A stretch of 64,000 nt of DNA from Anaerolineales bacterium (GCA_035283125.1 DATEUN010000020.1:6092-70091), one strand, 5' to 3'; counted from the first letter of the stretch, positions 45,845-56,552 are shown. Made by a program: numbers and translations. The notes: generated from the letters alone by a model not told the origin.

Positions 45845-46822
45845 ATGGATATTTTGGAATCGGGAATTGGGGAATTAATCCAACCATTTGACATGGATGA
45901 ATTCCGTGAATGGAATCGCACTCAAAAAAGTCGGAAATTGGTAGATAAACGGATGAGTGAGTCAGAAGCCATTAACCGTTTCGTCCAGGATGGCTGCTAT
46001 ATTGGTACTGAACTTTATGGAACCGTGCGTGCCCCGATGAGCCTTGCCCGTGAAGTCATCCGCCAGGGAAAAAAAGATCTACGGGTATGCGGGCAAGGAG
46101 TCCTTGAACTGGATCTGTGGCTTGCGGCTGGTCTGGTAAAGAAACTTGATATTACCTATATCGGTCTGGAAGTGTACGGTATTCCCCCAAGCCTTCGCAG
46201 GGCAGTTGAAAGCGGACAAGTCGAGACATGCGTGGAATGGTCGAATGCTTCGATCACCTGGCGTATGAAAGCCACTGCCATGGGTGTTCCATTTTTGCCG
46301 GCACGATCCATGCTGGGAACAGACATGCTCAAACACAGTGCTGCCAAGGTCGTTGAGGATCCTTTCACCGGGATCAAGGTTGCCCTGCTTCCGGCTCTTG
46401 TACTTGATGTTGCCCTCATCCATGTTCAAAGAGCAGATAAATATGGAAACTGCCAGATAGAGGGTATATCTGGATTTGCAGTTGAAATGTCACGAGCTTG
46501 CAAGCGGTTGATCATCAGTGCAGAAGAGATCATCCCAACTGAAGAAATTCGGAAATATCCTGACCGTACTATCATCCCTTACTTCCTGGTTGATGCAGTT
46601 GTCCATGCTCCCTTCGGGTCTTACCCTGGTGAAATGGCATACATGTATGGAAGAGACGAAAAAGGGATCAAGGAATGGGTTGATATGAGTTCCACTGAGG
46701 AAGGTGCGAAAAAATACCTGGAGAAATATGTACACTCCGTACCTGATCATGCTGGGTACCTCAACCTGATCGGGGATAAGCTGCTCAAAGAAGCTGTAAA
46801 GAATCGGGAAAGGAGGGAGTGA
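45845..46822 (+). CDS. CoA-transferase subunit A (glutaconate CoA-transferase-like)
   Basis: Family-I CoA transferase alpha-type sequence, 4-nt overlap with subunit B, SD aaggag. Confidence 0.75.
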   Translation: MDILESGIGELIQPFDMDEFREWNRTQKSRKLVDKRMSESEAINRFVQDGCYIGTELYGTVRAPMSLAREVIRQGKKDLRVCGQGVLELDLWLAAGLVKKLDITYIGLEVYGIPPSLRRAVESGQVETCVEWSNASITWRMKATAMGVPFLPARSMLGTDMLKHSAAKVVEDPFTGIKVALLPALVLDVALIHVQRADKYGNCQIEGISGFAVEMSRACKRLIISAEEIIPTEEIRKYPDRTIIPYFLVDAVVHAPFGSYPGEMAYMYGRDEKGIKEWVDMSSTEEGAKKYLEKYVHSVPDHAGYLNLIGDKLLKEAVKNRERRE

Positions 46823-47589
46823 TGACAGAACCCAATTATTCCAAAACCGAATTAATGATCTGCGTGGCTGCCAGGCTATTTGAGGATGGTACGACCTGCT
46901 TTATTGGCACAGGGGTACCCATGCTGGCTGCCATGCTGGCATCGAAGACCACGGCACCAAACCTGGTTCCAGTGTTTGAATTCGGTGGAACCGGAGCGAT
47001 CCTGGAAGAGCTTCCTCGCGCTGTTGGAGAAGCCCGAACATTTCACAAGGGAATCTCAGCACTTGGCATTTGCGACACAATGGAAACAGCCCAGCGTGGT
47101 TTCATCGATTATGGATTCCTGGGAGGTGCCCAGATCGATCCTTATGGTAATTTAAACACTGTTGTTATTGGCAATCATGACCATCCCAAGGTGAGGCTAC
47201 CGGGAAGCGGTGGCGGAAATGATGTTGGATCGTTTTGCTGGAAAACGATTACGATCATTCAGCATGATACCCGTCGATTTGTTCCCAAAGTCGATTTCCT
47301 GACAACACCGGGTTTTTTAAGCGGACCTGGCTCGCGAGAAGAAGCAGGGCTTCCCCCCGGAACAGGCCCGATCTTAGTCGTTTCAACCCTGGCTTTGATG
47401 GATTTTGAACCAGGAACCTGCCGCATGCGACTAAAGAGTGTATTCCCGGATGTTTCGATAGATGAAGTGATCGACAATACAGGATTTGAACTGGTAATAC
47501 CAGACATGGTTGACAATATTAAACCGCCCACTCCTGAAGAACTTCGTTTGCTTCGGGAGGAGATCGACCCACTTAAATTCTATATATAA
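46819..47589 (+). CDS. CoA-transferase subunit B
   Basis: FEFGGTGA, LPGSGGGNDV (SENG-like catalytic region variant). It is paired with subunit A. Confidence 0.75.
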   Translation: MMTEPNYSKTELMICVAARLFEDGTTCFIGTGVPMLAAMLASKTTAPNLVPVFEFGGTGAILEELPRAVGEARTFHKGISALGICDTMETAQRGFIDYGFLGGAQIDPYGNLNTVVIGNHDHPKVRLPGSGGGNDVGSFCWKTITIIQHDTRRFVPKVDFLTTPGFLSGPGSREEAGLPPGTGPILVVSTLALMDFEPGTCRMRLKSVFPDVSIDEVIDNTGFELVIPDMVDNIKPPTPEELRLLREEIDPLKFYI

Positions 47590-47637
47590 AAAAAAAATTA
47601 CCATCATCACTTCCAAGATGTATGGTTCAGTTAAATA

Positions 47638-48555
47638 ATGGATATTGTCACCGGTTCTTTTGGATATATTGGAAAATACATTACCCGCCGCCTGCTTGCT
47701 ACAGGCAGGCAGGTTCGGACCATAACCACGCATCCCAATAAACCAAATCCTTTTGGCAGCCAGGTACAGGCATTCCCCTACGAGTTTAATCGACCTTCTG
47801 AATTACTGCGATCATTTGACGGGGTGGACACGCTTTATAACACCTACTGGATCCGGTTTCCACACGATGACCAGACATTCGAAAGTGCATTAGCCAACAC
47901 CCGGGTACTGTTCGAGTGTGCCAGGAAAGCGGGGGTGTCCAAGATCGTTCAGATCAGTGTGACCCATGCCTCCCCCCGCTCGGATCTCCCGTACTACCAG
48001 GGTAAAGGCATCCAGGAAAAGATGCTGACTGATCTCGACATACCACATGTGATTGTCCGACCAACCCTTGTCTTTGGACAGGAAGATATCCTGGTGAATA
48101 ATATCGCCTGGTTGATCCGTAAATTTCCGATCTTTCCAGTTTTCGGTGATGGTAATTATCGGGTTCAGCCGGTTTATGTAGAAGACTTGGCTCAAATTGC
48201 TGTCAACCTAGCTGATGCACCCAGCGGTACTGTCGTTGATGCTATTGGACCGGAAATCCATTCCTTCAAAGATTTCCTAGAATTGATCGCTGATACCCTT
48301 TCAAGGCGAACAAGGTTAATTCATGTACCAGCATCCATCGGGATTCTCATGGGCAAAATAATTGGTCCTTTTGTTGGAGATAATATCCTTACAAAGAATG
48401 AATTAAGAGGTCTGATGGAGGAATACCTCGTATCCAGGAATACTCCCAATGGGGAGACCCGTTTTTCCGAGTGGCTGCAGATCAACAGAGACACGGTTGG
48501 AACCGTTTATACATCCGAAATTGGCAGGCATTTCGATTGGAAACCAGGCAGGTGA
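47638..48555 (+). CDS. NAD(P)H-binding atypical SDR (NmrA/NDUFA9-like)
   Basis: VTGSFGYIGKYITRRL Rossmann motif and RPTLVFG. Confidence 0.75.
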   Translation: MDIVTGSFGYIGKYITRRLLATGRQVRTITTHPNKPNPFGSQVQAFPYEFNRPSELLRSFDGVDTLYNTYWIRFPHDDQTFESALANTRVLFECARKAGVSKIVQISVTHASPRSDLPYYQGKGIQEKMLTDLDIPHVIVRPTLVFGQEDILVNNIAWLIRKFPIFPVFGDGNYRVQPVYVEDLAQIAVNLADAPSGTVVDAIGPEIHSFKDFLELIADTLSRRTRLIHVPASIGILMGKIIGPFVGDNILTKNELRGLMEEYLVSRNTPNGETRFSEWLQINRDTVGTVYTSEIGRHFDWKPGR

Positions 48556-48722
48556 ATTTTCTTATACTGTGCTGACCAGGGAGAATTAATAATTCCATTC
48601 TCGCAAAGAAACGGGGAAAGGCACTCATACAATGTATAATCAAGTAAATTGATCCTTACAATTTTCTCGTGAAGTGACTAAGAGATTCCTGTTCAGAATC
48701 AGTGTATGAAAGAAACCAGACA

Positions 48723-49943
48723 ATGACAAGAATATTTCAAGATAAGCATATCATCCTGGGAGTAACCGGTTCTATTGCATGTTACAAGGCTGCTGACCTT
48801 GCATCAAAGCTATCTCAAGCAGGTGCCATCGTGGATGTAATCCTCACACAAGGTGCCGAGAAATTCGTAAGCTCATTGACTTTTCAATCGGTGACCGGAC
48901 GAAAAGCATTTACCGAAAACGATCTGTGGGGAGGTCAGGCACATGTACTTCATGTTGGACTTGGACACACAGCCGATCTGCTGGTCATAGCCCCCTGTAC
49001 GGCAAATACTATCGCCAAACTGGCAGGAGGGATTGCAAACAACCTATTGACAATAACAGCCCTGGCTGCTGAATGCCCGATCTTAATTGCACCTGCTATG
49101 GATGCGGGTATGTACTCCCACCCCGCCACACATGAGAATGTATCAATCCTCGCCAAGAGAGGTATCCAATTTGCAGGTCCTGGTGAAGGTCGGATGGCCT
49201 CCGGGCTCATAGGATTGGGGCGAATGCTTGAGCCTGAAGACTTGTTCGGGCACATCCGCAAAGTGCTTGGGAAAAATGGTTCACTTTCAGGCAGGCAGGT
49301 AGTGGTTACTGCCGGAGGAACACAAGAACCCATTGATCCTGTTCGATATATCAGCAATCGCTCTTCCGGCAAACAAGGATATTCTTTGGCACAAGCTGCC
49401 ATCGATGAAGGCGCTACGGTTACTCTGATCAGCACTCCAACAGCTCTTCATCCTCCGATAGGTGCGATCTTCATTAAAGTTCAAACTGCACAGGAAATGC
49501 TGAAAGCTGTACTTGATAACCTGGCTGGAAAAGACGCCCTGATTATGGCAGCTGCTGTCGCTGATTTCAAACCACAAATATCATCCAACAAGAAAATAAA
49601 GAAACGGGATGGATTCCCTCCTCTCATGCTTGAACCCACGGTGGATATTCTTGCAGCACTTAACTCAAAAGAAAATTCAGCGCAACGGCCCAGAGTTCTT
49701 GTAGGTTTTGCAGCAGAAAGCCAGGACCTGTTTAATAATGCCCGTGAAAAATTACAATCCAAAAATCTGGATATGATCGCAGCTAATGATATTTCAGCTT
49801 CCGATTCCGGCTTTTCCGTGGACAACAACAAGGTGACCCTTTTATATCCTGATGGGAATAGCAAAGAATTACCCCTTCAAAGTAAGGCGGAAATTGCAGA
49901 AGCCATTATCTCCAGCATAGCAGGTATGATGGGAGATCATTGA
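48723..49943 (+). CDS. coaBC: Bifunctional phosphopantothenoylcysteine decarboxylase / phosphopantothenate-cysteine ligase
   Basis: ILGVTGSIACYKA, APCTANTIAKLAGGIA, TAGGTQEPIDPVRYISNRSSGK and AAAVADF. The start is uncertain (GTG 48702 or ATG 48723). Confidence 0.9.
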   Translation: MTRIFQDKHIILGVTGSIACYKAADLASKLSQAGAIVDVILTQGAEKFVSSLTFQSVTGRKAFTENDLWGGQAHVLHVGLGHTADLLVIAPCTANTIAKLAGGIANNLLTITALAAECPILIAPAMDAGMYSHPATHENVSILAKRGIQFAGPGEGRMASGLIGLGRMLEPEDLFGHIRKVLGKNGSLSGRQVVVTAGGTQEPIDPVRYISNRSSGKQGYSLAQAAIDEGATVTLISTPTALHPPIGAIFIKVQTAQEMLKAVLDNLAGKDALIMAAAVADFKPQISSNKKIKKRDGFPPLMLEPTVDILAALNSKENSAQRPRVLVGFAAESQDLFNNAREKLQSKNLDMIAANDISASDSGFSVDNNKVTLLYPDGNSKELPLQSKAEIAEAIISSIAGMMGDH

Positions 49944-50674
49944 CCCGGATCCTGGTAATATCTGATATTCACGCCAACCTGATGGCGCTTGAAGCTGTCC
50001 TGGCTGATGCGGGAGAGGTAACCAATACATGGTGCCTGGGTGACCTGGTTGGCTATGGACCTGACCCAAATGAATGTATTTCATTGATCAGGGAACTGCC
50101 CAATCTTGTGTGCCTGATGGGGAACCATGACCTGGCATCCATCGGTGGGTTGGGATTGGAAACATTCAATGGCGATGCCCACAGGTCCATGCTGTGGCAG
50201 AGGAGTGCACTTTTACAGGATAACAAGGATTTCCTGAAAAGTCTTCCCAATATGATCAAGGTTAGTGAAAGAGTAACATTGACGCATGGAAGTCCCCGTG
50301 ACCCGACCTGGGAATACATCATGGATTCGGAGATTGCCAAACAAAACCTTCCCTATCTTGATACAACCTGGTGTTTTTTTGGACATACCCATTACCCTGC
50401 CATATATTTCTGGCCACCGGGGAATGATGAACCCATCCACGAAATTCCAGAAATCAATAAAATTCATTCACTGACTGGAAGTACGTTTCTAAATCCTGGT
50501 TCCGTTGGACAACCACGAGACCGGGACCCGCGGGCATCTTATTGCATTTTTGATCCTGAAAATCAAACATGGTTTCCACAGCGTGTAACCTATGATATTA
50601 AACAGGTGCAGGAACGTATTCTTAATGCTGGGCTTCCACCCTATCATGCAGATCGACTTGAGAACGGTTGGTAA
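49940..50674 (+). CDS. Metallophosphoesterase family protein (YfcE/ApaH-like)
   Basis: ISDIHAN, LGDLVGYG, GNHD and FGHTH. TTG start overlapping the coaBC stop by 4 nt. Confidence 0.8.
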   Translation: MTRILVISDIHANLMALEAVLADAGEVTNTWCLGDLVGYGPDPNECISLIRELPNLVCLMGNHDLASIGGLGLETFNGDAHRSMLWQRSALLQDNKDFLKSLPNMIKVSERVTLTHGSPRDPTWEYIMDSEIAKQNLPYLDTTWCFFGHTHYPAIYFWPPGNDEPIHEIPEINKIHSLTGSTFLNPGSVGQPRDRDPRASYCIFDPENQTWFPQRVTYDIKQVQERILNAGLPPYHADRLENGW

Positions 50675-50755
50675 GGTGAGTAAAACGGGAACAATCCATT
50701 GGAAACCGACGTCTTCATTAAGACAACCAATCATCCACTCCAAGGAGGAGAACAG

Positions 50756-51697
50756 ATGAAGAAAATCGCTTTTTTTAGTTTATTAATCTTAATGATCACG
50801 CTATCCGCCTGTGGACTGAAGGCAGCTTCAGTCAGCCAAAATTCAGGTGTTCCAGAGGTTTCAGTTGGGGAAGGGTTGGGGATGGAGTCTGCACCTGTGG
50901 ATTCTTATGCACCATCCGCTGCAATGGATAGGGGATTGGGAAACATTGATTCCTCCAAGAACCAAATCCAGGAACGTATGGTGATCCAAAATGTTGATCT
51001 CTCCATCGTTGTTCCAGACCCCGAAATAAAAATGACCGAGATCGGCAAAATGGCCGTTGAAATGGGTGGTTTTGTAGTTTCCTCAAACCTGTATCAAAAT
51101 GAGCGTTCCAATGGATCGTCTATACCTGAAGGCAGCATAACCATCCGCATTCCTGCGGAAATCCTTGATGAAGCATTGGATGAAATCAAAGCCGACGTTG
51201 TCGAAGTCCGCAACCAAAACCGAATCGGCCAGGATGTCACACAGGATTATATCGATCTGAACTCACAACTGCATTCCCTTCAAGCTGCTGCCGCTCAGCT
51301 GGAAGAAATCATGAAGAAAGCAGAGAAGACTGATGACGTTCTCAATGTTTTCACCCAACTGCAGTATTACAACCAGCAAATCGATATGATCAAGGGACAG
51401 ATCCAATATTACGAACAGGCATCTGCACTTTCAGCTGTGTCCATCACCTTGATCGCAGAAGCCACCATTCAACCAATTGAAATTGGTGGATGGAAACCGG
51501 AAGGAGTTGTCCGGGATGCAATTCAGAGCTTGATCGAATTCTGGCAGGGTTTTGTAGATTTCATGATCAACTTCTTCCTTTTGGTTGTGCCAATCTTGAT
51601 CACTATCCTGATCCCCATGTACCTTGTTTACCTAGTAGTGCGAGCAATACTCAAGAAACGAAAAACCGGGAAAAAGGTTACACCACCTTCTGAATAG
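50756..51697 (+). CDS. DUF4349 domain lipoprotein
   Basis: Lipobox TLSACG, a coiled-coil core (DVTQDYIDLNSQLHSLQAAAAQLEEIM) and a C-terminal TM segment. ATG 50756 is preceded by AAGGAGGAG. Confidence 0.7.
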   Translation: MKKIAFFSLLILMITLSACGLKAASVSQNSGVPEVSVGEGLGMESAPVDSYAPSAAMDRGLGNIDSSKNQIQERMVIQNVDLSIVVPDPEIKMTEIGKMAVEMGGFVVSSNLYQNERSNGSSIPEGSITIRIPAEILDEALDEIKADVVEVRNQNRIGQDVTQDYIDLNSQLHSLQAAAAQLEEIMKKAEKTDDVLNVFTQLQYYNQQIDMIKGQIQYYEQASALSAVSITLIAEATIQPIEIGGWKPEGVVRDAIQSLIEFWQGFVDFMINFFLLVVPILITILIPMYLVYLVVRAILKKRKTGKKVTPPSE

Positions 51698-51720
51698 ACC
51701 TTTCACTCATATGTAATTCA

Positions 51721-51760
51721 AAAGACTCTGATGGGTTGTACCCATCAGAGTCTTTTCGTT
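51721..51760 (+). terminator. Rho-independent terminator
   Basis: Perfect 15-bp stem aaagactctgatggg / cccatcagagtcttt followed by tcgtt. Confidence 0.75.
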
Positions 51761-51848
51761 CATCAACTCCTTGAAGATTGACCTGTATTCTCACCAGTTA
51801 ATAATCCCCCCCCATTTTAATTATTTGAAGTGCATTTATAATATTAAT

Positions 51849-52580
51849 ATGGATAAACTGAGGCAGGATGCAAAATCGTTATTTGGCATCCAACTCCAGA
51901 ATTGGCAAATTACAGCCCTGGAGACGTACACAAAGGAGTTATTGGAGTGGAGCGGTAAATTCAACCTTACCGCCATCCGGGATGAAAATGGCATCCACAC
52001 CAAACATTTTCTGGATTCATTTTCCTGTATCCAAGCCTGGAAAAACAAACCCCCAACAAGTCTGATCGATATTGGGACTGGTGCCGGATTTCCTGGTATT
52101 CCCTTGAAGATCCTCTATCCGCGTTTACAACTCACCCTGGTGGAATCAGTAGGAAAGAAAGCAGATTTCTGCCGACACATCGTTGAACGATTGAATTTGA
52201 CTGAGGTGGAAGTCATCCATGCACGGGCTGAAGATGTCGGACATCTGAAAAACCATCGTGAATCCTATGAATTGGCGATAGCCCGTGCTGTTGCCCGTCT
52301 CCCTGTACTTGTTGAATACCTTCTACCCCTGGTCAAGGTTGGCGGATATATCCTGGCTCAAAAAGGAGATACAGGACCTGCTGAAGCTCATTCTGCAGAA
52401 TTTGCCATTAATCTTTTAGGAGGGCATATCAGGCAGTTACTACCCATTACCCTCCCCGGTGTTGTCGAGGAACGGTACCTGATTGTGATTGACAAAATCG
52501 CCACAACACCTCCTGGTTACCCCCGTAAAGCTGGCATCCCTACCAAAGATCCTCTGAAACGAAAAGCGATCTTAAATTAA
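51849..52580 (+). CDS. rsmG: 16S rRNA (guanine527-N7)-methyltransferase RsmG
   Basis: NLTAIRDENGIHTKHFLDS and the SAM motif IDIGTGAGFPGIPLKI. The start is set at ATG 51849. Confidence 0.9.
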   Translation: MDKLRQDAKSLFGIQLQNWQITALETYTKELLEWSGKFNLTAIRDENGIHTKHFLDSFSCIQAWKNKPPTSLIDIGTGAGFPGIPLKILYPRLQLTLVESVGKKADFCRHIVERLNLTEVEVIHARAEDVGHLKNHRESYELAIARAVARLPVLVEYLLPLVKVGGYILAQKGDTGPAEAHSAEFAINLLGGHIRQLLPITLPGVVEERYLIVIDKIATTPPGYPRKAGIPTKDPLKRKAILN

Positions 52581-52649
52581 CTGATAAAAGCCATAGAATT
52601 ATTAAAACCCCAAAAAATGGATATTCTATTTCGTGAATGGGTGATTTGT

Positions 52650-53012
52650 TTAACATCCCTCAACAACCAGCTCGATCTTATCGGGTTTATTCGGTATCAT
52701 GCATAGAAATTCGAAGGTGGCCTCACCAGTATTCTGATAAGAATGATGAACACCTTCCGGAATGAAGACAACATCTCCCTGTTTTACATGATGAACAACA
52801 TCACCGATCTGAACTTTAGCTTTCCCATTTAGAACATACTGCTCATGTTCGACAGTATTGGTATGAAGAGGCATCCCTCCCCCAGGCTGTATGACAAATT
52901 TTCGCATGGCAAAATTAGGACCTTCCTCGGATGAAATTAATACCTGAATGGAGGTATCCACACCTGCAGACACATTCTGAGCTTGCACTTCATTGACATT
53001 CTTTACAGACAT
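52650..53012 (-). CDS. Cupin domain protein
   Basis: GGGMPLHTNTVEHEQYVL...GDVVFIPEGVHHSYQN is a two-motif cupin signature. Confidence 0.8.
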   Translation of the reverse strand: MSVKNVNEVQAQNVSAGVDTSIQVLISSEEGPNFAMRKFVIQPGGGMPLHTNTVEHEQYVLNGKAKVQIGDVVHHVKQGDVVFIPEGVHHSYQNTGEATFEFLCMIPNKPDKIELVVEGC

Positions 53013-53014
53013 CC

Positions 53015-54229
53015 TTACTCCTTTGGTTCCATCCCAGACACCTGACCGGCGTTAATCGTCCAACAAGCTGCATTGGCAACAAATTCGGAATCAAATGGTG
53101 CCAGGTCTGTCGTAGTGAGCATGGACTGCTCACAATTGCTTAAATGCTTCAAAAGATCGTTTCTTCGATGTCCATCCAACTCTGCCATCACTTCATCAAG
53201 AAGGATGACAGGCCATTGACCTGTACGGTCATGCATCCACTGCACTTCGGCAAGCTTTAAAGCCAGGAGAGCTGTACGAATCTGACCTCTTGATCCATAA
53301 TCACCAAGATCAAGTCGGTTTACCAGGAACCTTATATCATCCCGATGAGGTCCGATCGTGGTCATGCCCCTGCTAATTTCTTCTGCCCGGATATGTTTCA
53401 AGCGGGAAAGGAATCCTTCCCGGATCTCATCCAGGGTCAATTTACTGCGGTCGACCCGGGTATCCATTGGAAGCGATATCTGCCCATCCATTCCCGGCAT
53501 GGGTTCAAACGCTGGATGATAATCAAGGTGGAGAACCTCTATATCATTGGTCAACCCCTGGTGATAAGACCTGGAAATCTCCTCCAGGTCGATCAATGCC
53601 TGGATGCGCTCCTTAATGATGACTGCCCCGCTGCGACTTATGATCTCATCCCAGTAGACAAGCTGTTCAGGATCACCCCGGCGTTCACTAAGCAATTTCA
53701 ATAATGCATTTCTTTGTGTAACTGCCTGGGAATATTCGCTCAACGCCCTGGCATACCCTGGTTCTGATTGAGCAATGGAAAGGTTTATGTACCTGCGTCT
53801 CTCATCAGGTCCACCTTCGATGATCCGGGACATCTGAGGAACAAACACAACAGCATTGAAATGACCAATCACTTCCACCAGTGGGCGTTTGACACCATCC
53901 AAAAGAATCTCTTTGCGCAGCCGCTTTCCGTTATACCCAGTCGGCTCAAGGATCAATCGAGCCTCCATCCTATGTGATCTGTCTCCACGTTTATAATCAG
54001 CAACCAGCCTGCCAACTGCAATTTGTTCACGTGCAGCGATAAAGTTGACCATTTGTCTATCGGAATGGGTTTGGAATGATGTGAATGCTGTTAAAAAGTA
54101 GACAGCTTCAAGGAGATTCGTTTTCCCCTGGGCATTGTTCCCGACCAGCAAAACAGCCCGCCGGGGTATTTCGATATCCAGGCGGGAATAGTTGCGAAAA
54201 TTGGTGAGAGACAAATGGGTCAGATACAT
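53015..54229 (-). CDS. recF: DNA replication and repair protein RecF
   Basis: MYLTHLSLTNFRNY, Walker A GNNAQGKTNLLEA, signature SRGQIRTALLALKLAE, and Walker B ILLDEVMAELD. Confidence 0.95.
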   Translation of the reverse strand: MYLTHLSLTNFRNYSRLDIEIPRRAVLLVGNNAQGKTNLLEAVYFLTAFTSFQTHSDRQMVNFIAAREQIAVGRLVADYKRGDRSHRMEARLILEPTGYNGKRLRKEILLDGVKRPLVEVIGHFNAVVFVPQMSRIIEGGPDERRRYINLSIAQSEPGYARALSEYSQAVTQRNALLKLLSERRGDPEQLVYWDEIISRSGAVIIKERIQALIDLEEISRSYHQGLTNDIEVLHLDYHPAFEPMPGMDGQISLPMDTRVDRSKLTLDEIREGFLSRLKHIRAEEISRGMTTIGPHRDDIRFLVNRLDLGDYGSRGQIRTALLALKLAEVQWMHDRTGQWPVILLDEVMAELDGHRRNDLLKHLSNCEQSMLTTTDLAPFDSEFVANAACWTINAGQVSGMEPKE

Positions 54230-54268
54230 GGCACCTGGTTCATAGTTATACCTGTGGTGAAATAAAGA

Positions 54269-54781
54269 TCAAACATTATCGAAATAATCTTCATCCGGTT
54301 CTGGTTTCCAAATCCTGGTTGCCCTGTCTGTGAAAACGATCCCATCAAGGTGATCTATCTCATGTTGGAATATTCTGGCGAGCCATCCTTCCGCTTTAAC
54401 CCTGACTCGATTTCCCTGGCGATTAAAGCCTTTCACGGATACTTTATAGGCTCGATCAATTTCCCCGAGTAAACCAGGTAAGGACAAACAACCCTCAACA
54501 CCCATTATTTTTTCATCATCAAGAATTTTCATCTCAGGGTTTACCATTGTGAATAGTTTTTTGGGCGCATCCATATCATCTTCGTTGGTCGTGTATTCCA
54601 CAACGATAATGCGCTGGGAAATTCCAACTTGAGGGGCAGCAAGACCAACACCTGGAGCTTCACGCATGGTTTCGACCATGTTGTCGATCAATTCCCTTGT
54701 TTCATCATCAATCTTCGTTACAGGTTGAGCTTTCCGTCTCAACACCGGATCAGGTATCGTTTTAATTTCCAGTAATGCCAT
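54269..54781 (-). CDS. def: Peptide deformylase
   Basis: GVGLAAPQVG, EGCLSLPG and QHEIDHLDG motifs. Confidence 0.95.
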   Translation of the reverse strand: MALLEIKTIPDPVLRRKAQPVTKIDDETRELIDNMVETMREAPGVGLAAPQVGISQRIIVVEYTTNEDDMDAPKKLFTMVNPEMKILDDEKIMGVEGCLSLPGLLGEIDRAYKVSVKGFNRQGNRVRVKAEGWLARIFQHEIDHLDGIVFTDRATRIWKPEPDEDYFDNV

Positions 54782-54833
54782 ATGATCTGTTCCGTTTAAT
54801 TATTAGATATGTTCCACTTATGCTCAGCAAACG

Positions 54834-56552
54834 CTATTGTACATCATGTTCATCAGACCATGGTTGATCTTCCGCATTCAAAGTTCCAGGGTTGGTAAGT
54901 GGATCGTTATGATAAACGGCAAACCAATCGGCAAGTCGATCCCTCTCCACCTTGTTTTCAGATTCCGTTTTCCTGGCGACCATGGCCATCCTCACCAAAT
55001 CGATATCCTTCTGAACGGTAACAGGATCGGCAACATTCTCGAAGACCAGTTCTGATCCTCCAACCGTGATGTAGACATTTCCATAATTAAACAGCACCTG
55101 CATCAATCCAACTCGCTTGTATTCTGTACTGAGGATATTGTCCAATGGTGCCACCTGGTGTTCCTCCCTGCCCAATGGTCGTTTCTTGATATCAAAAACC
55201 TGGTCCTGGGTGACCTGGTAGATATCATTTCTCCAATCCATGTAATTATATAACCACCACCCAAGCACTCCAACCAGGACTGCCGCCATGCCAGCAACAA
55301 GTGAATTCAAGTTGATCGGAAGAATCATCCCTTCGTTTCCACTTAAGGGAACAAAGATGAACTGGTAAAGAAGCATCGCCAACAACATTAATCCAAGCAT
55401 AGCGGGAATCCAGGTGGATCTGAAAAGAACCAGCCAATGTTTTCGATACGTGATGGTGCCATTATGCTCCAGCCGGGTTTTGAAGATGTCGGAAAACCAG
55501 ACCTGGATCCACCCAGGTTTTACCGTTGATTTAACAGCACTACCAGATTCCGCTTCTTTTGGTATCTCATCCCCAGCCAAGCCCAATTTTTTACGCATGA
55601 TCGCCTGCATGGCTTCATTGTCATTCTTTCGCATTCTGTCTCGTGAACGAACCCAATGTTCTTCAACCAGCGAAGCAGCATGGTTTGGGCGGCGAACATG
55701 ATAGAACTTGATCTGTCCAACGAATGTTTTCACAACCACATCCCCAAAATCAAGCCAGCGCCCAATAATGCTTGTTTCTACTCCAACCGATAAGATCGTT
55801 TCCAGCGGCGCTTCCTGCCGGCTATCATAAAATCCGATCACTTTTTCCAGCCAGATCACTCGTTTATTTGTCACCATATAGTAATCATTTGCCCAATTGA
55901 TCCTGGCAAGGATCATCCACAGGACCGTGATTCCCAGCAATAAAAATGCCAGGGTTAAGGCAAGCTTGTTATCTGTCGATGAATAGTAAAAGAATAGATA
56001 AACAGGACCGATCAATAGGATCAAAGGCGGTATCAATGACTTCCAAAGAAGTATGGGGTGCTTGCGTGCCAGGAAGTAAACAACTTCTCCTGGCGGCAAC
56101 CATTTGAAATGGATCTTATTTAATAAAATATGGTTATTCCTGGCAGCTTCAAAGTTGGCTTTTACAGGGTCAACCCGGGAGAACAATTCGGAGGCGTTCT
56201 GGCGATTAAGAACAAGAAATATGGAATCTTCCAGCGTAGAAGCTGTCAATGAATATGTGTTCTCATCAAACAGTAATTCTTCCCCGACATGATCTGCTTC
56301 ATTAAGCATGTATTGCTTTTCTGTTCCCCCTTCCCGATTGGAAGTCACCCGCAAACCTCCGGAGTAGACCATGTAGAATTTACTACCCGTAGACCCCTGT
56401 TTTACCAGGATCCTACCGGCAGGATATGGCATGACCTGGAGGTAGCTGGCGGTTAGTTGAAGTTCTTCGTCTGAAAGTCCACGAAAAAGGTGGCTTCTTT
56501 TAATGAACTGGATGATATCGGATGTCTGAATATCTGGTTTTGGAAGTGCCAT
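54834..56552 (-). CDS. Cyclic-nucleotide-binding domain fused to a YdbT-like double bPH membrane protein
   Basis: N-terminal cNMP-binding fold (LFRGLSDEELQ...GSKFYMVYSGGLRV), then two TM hairpins, each followed by a bPH-like segment (YYMVTNKRVIWLEK..., IYQVTQDQVFDIKK...). Confidence 0.7.
   Translation of the reverse strand: MALPKPDIQTSDIIQFIKRSHLFRGLSDEELQLTASYLQVMPYPAGRILVKQGSTGSKFYMVYSGGLRVTSNREGGTEKQYMLNEADHVGEELLFDENTYSLTASTLEDSIFLVLNRQNASELFSRVDPVKANFEAARNNHILLNKIHFKWLPPGEVVYFLARKHPILLWKSLIPPLILLIGPVYLFFYYSSTDNKLALTLAFLLLGITVLWMILARINWANDYYMVTNKRVIWLEKVIGFYDSRQEAPLETILSVGVETSIIGRWLDFGDVVVKTFVGQIKFYHVRRPNHAASLVEEHWVRSRDRMRKNDNEAMQAIMRKKLGLAGDEIPKEAESGSAVKSTVKPGWIQVWFSDIFKTRLEHNGTITYRKHWLVLFRSTWIPAMLGLMLLAMLLYQFIFVPLSGNEGMILPINLNSLVAGMAAVLVGVLGWWLYNYMDWRNDIYQVTQDQVFDIKKRPLGREEHQVAPLDNILSTEYKRVGLMQVLFNYGNVYITVGGSELVFENVADPVTVQKDIDLVRMAMVARKTESENKVERDRLADWFAVYHNDPLTNPGTLNAEDQPWSDEHDVQ

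Noticed and set aside
48950-49435. 161-aa antisense ORF inside coaBC (similar cases: 31673-32035 opposite bactofilin, 45265-45720 opposite the PD40 gene, 11377-11790 and 9096-9509 opposite the DUF4097/MFS genes)
   Set aside because: All lie opposite genes with strong family signatures and lack translation signals. They are treated as non-coding shadow ORFs.
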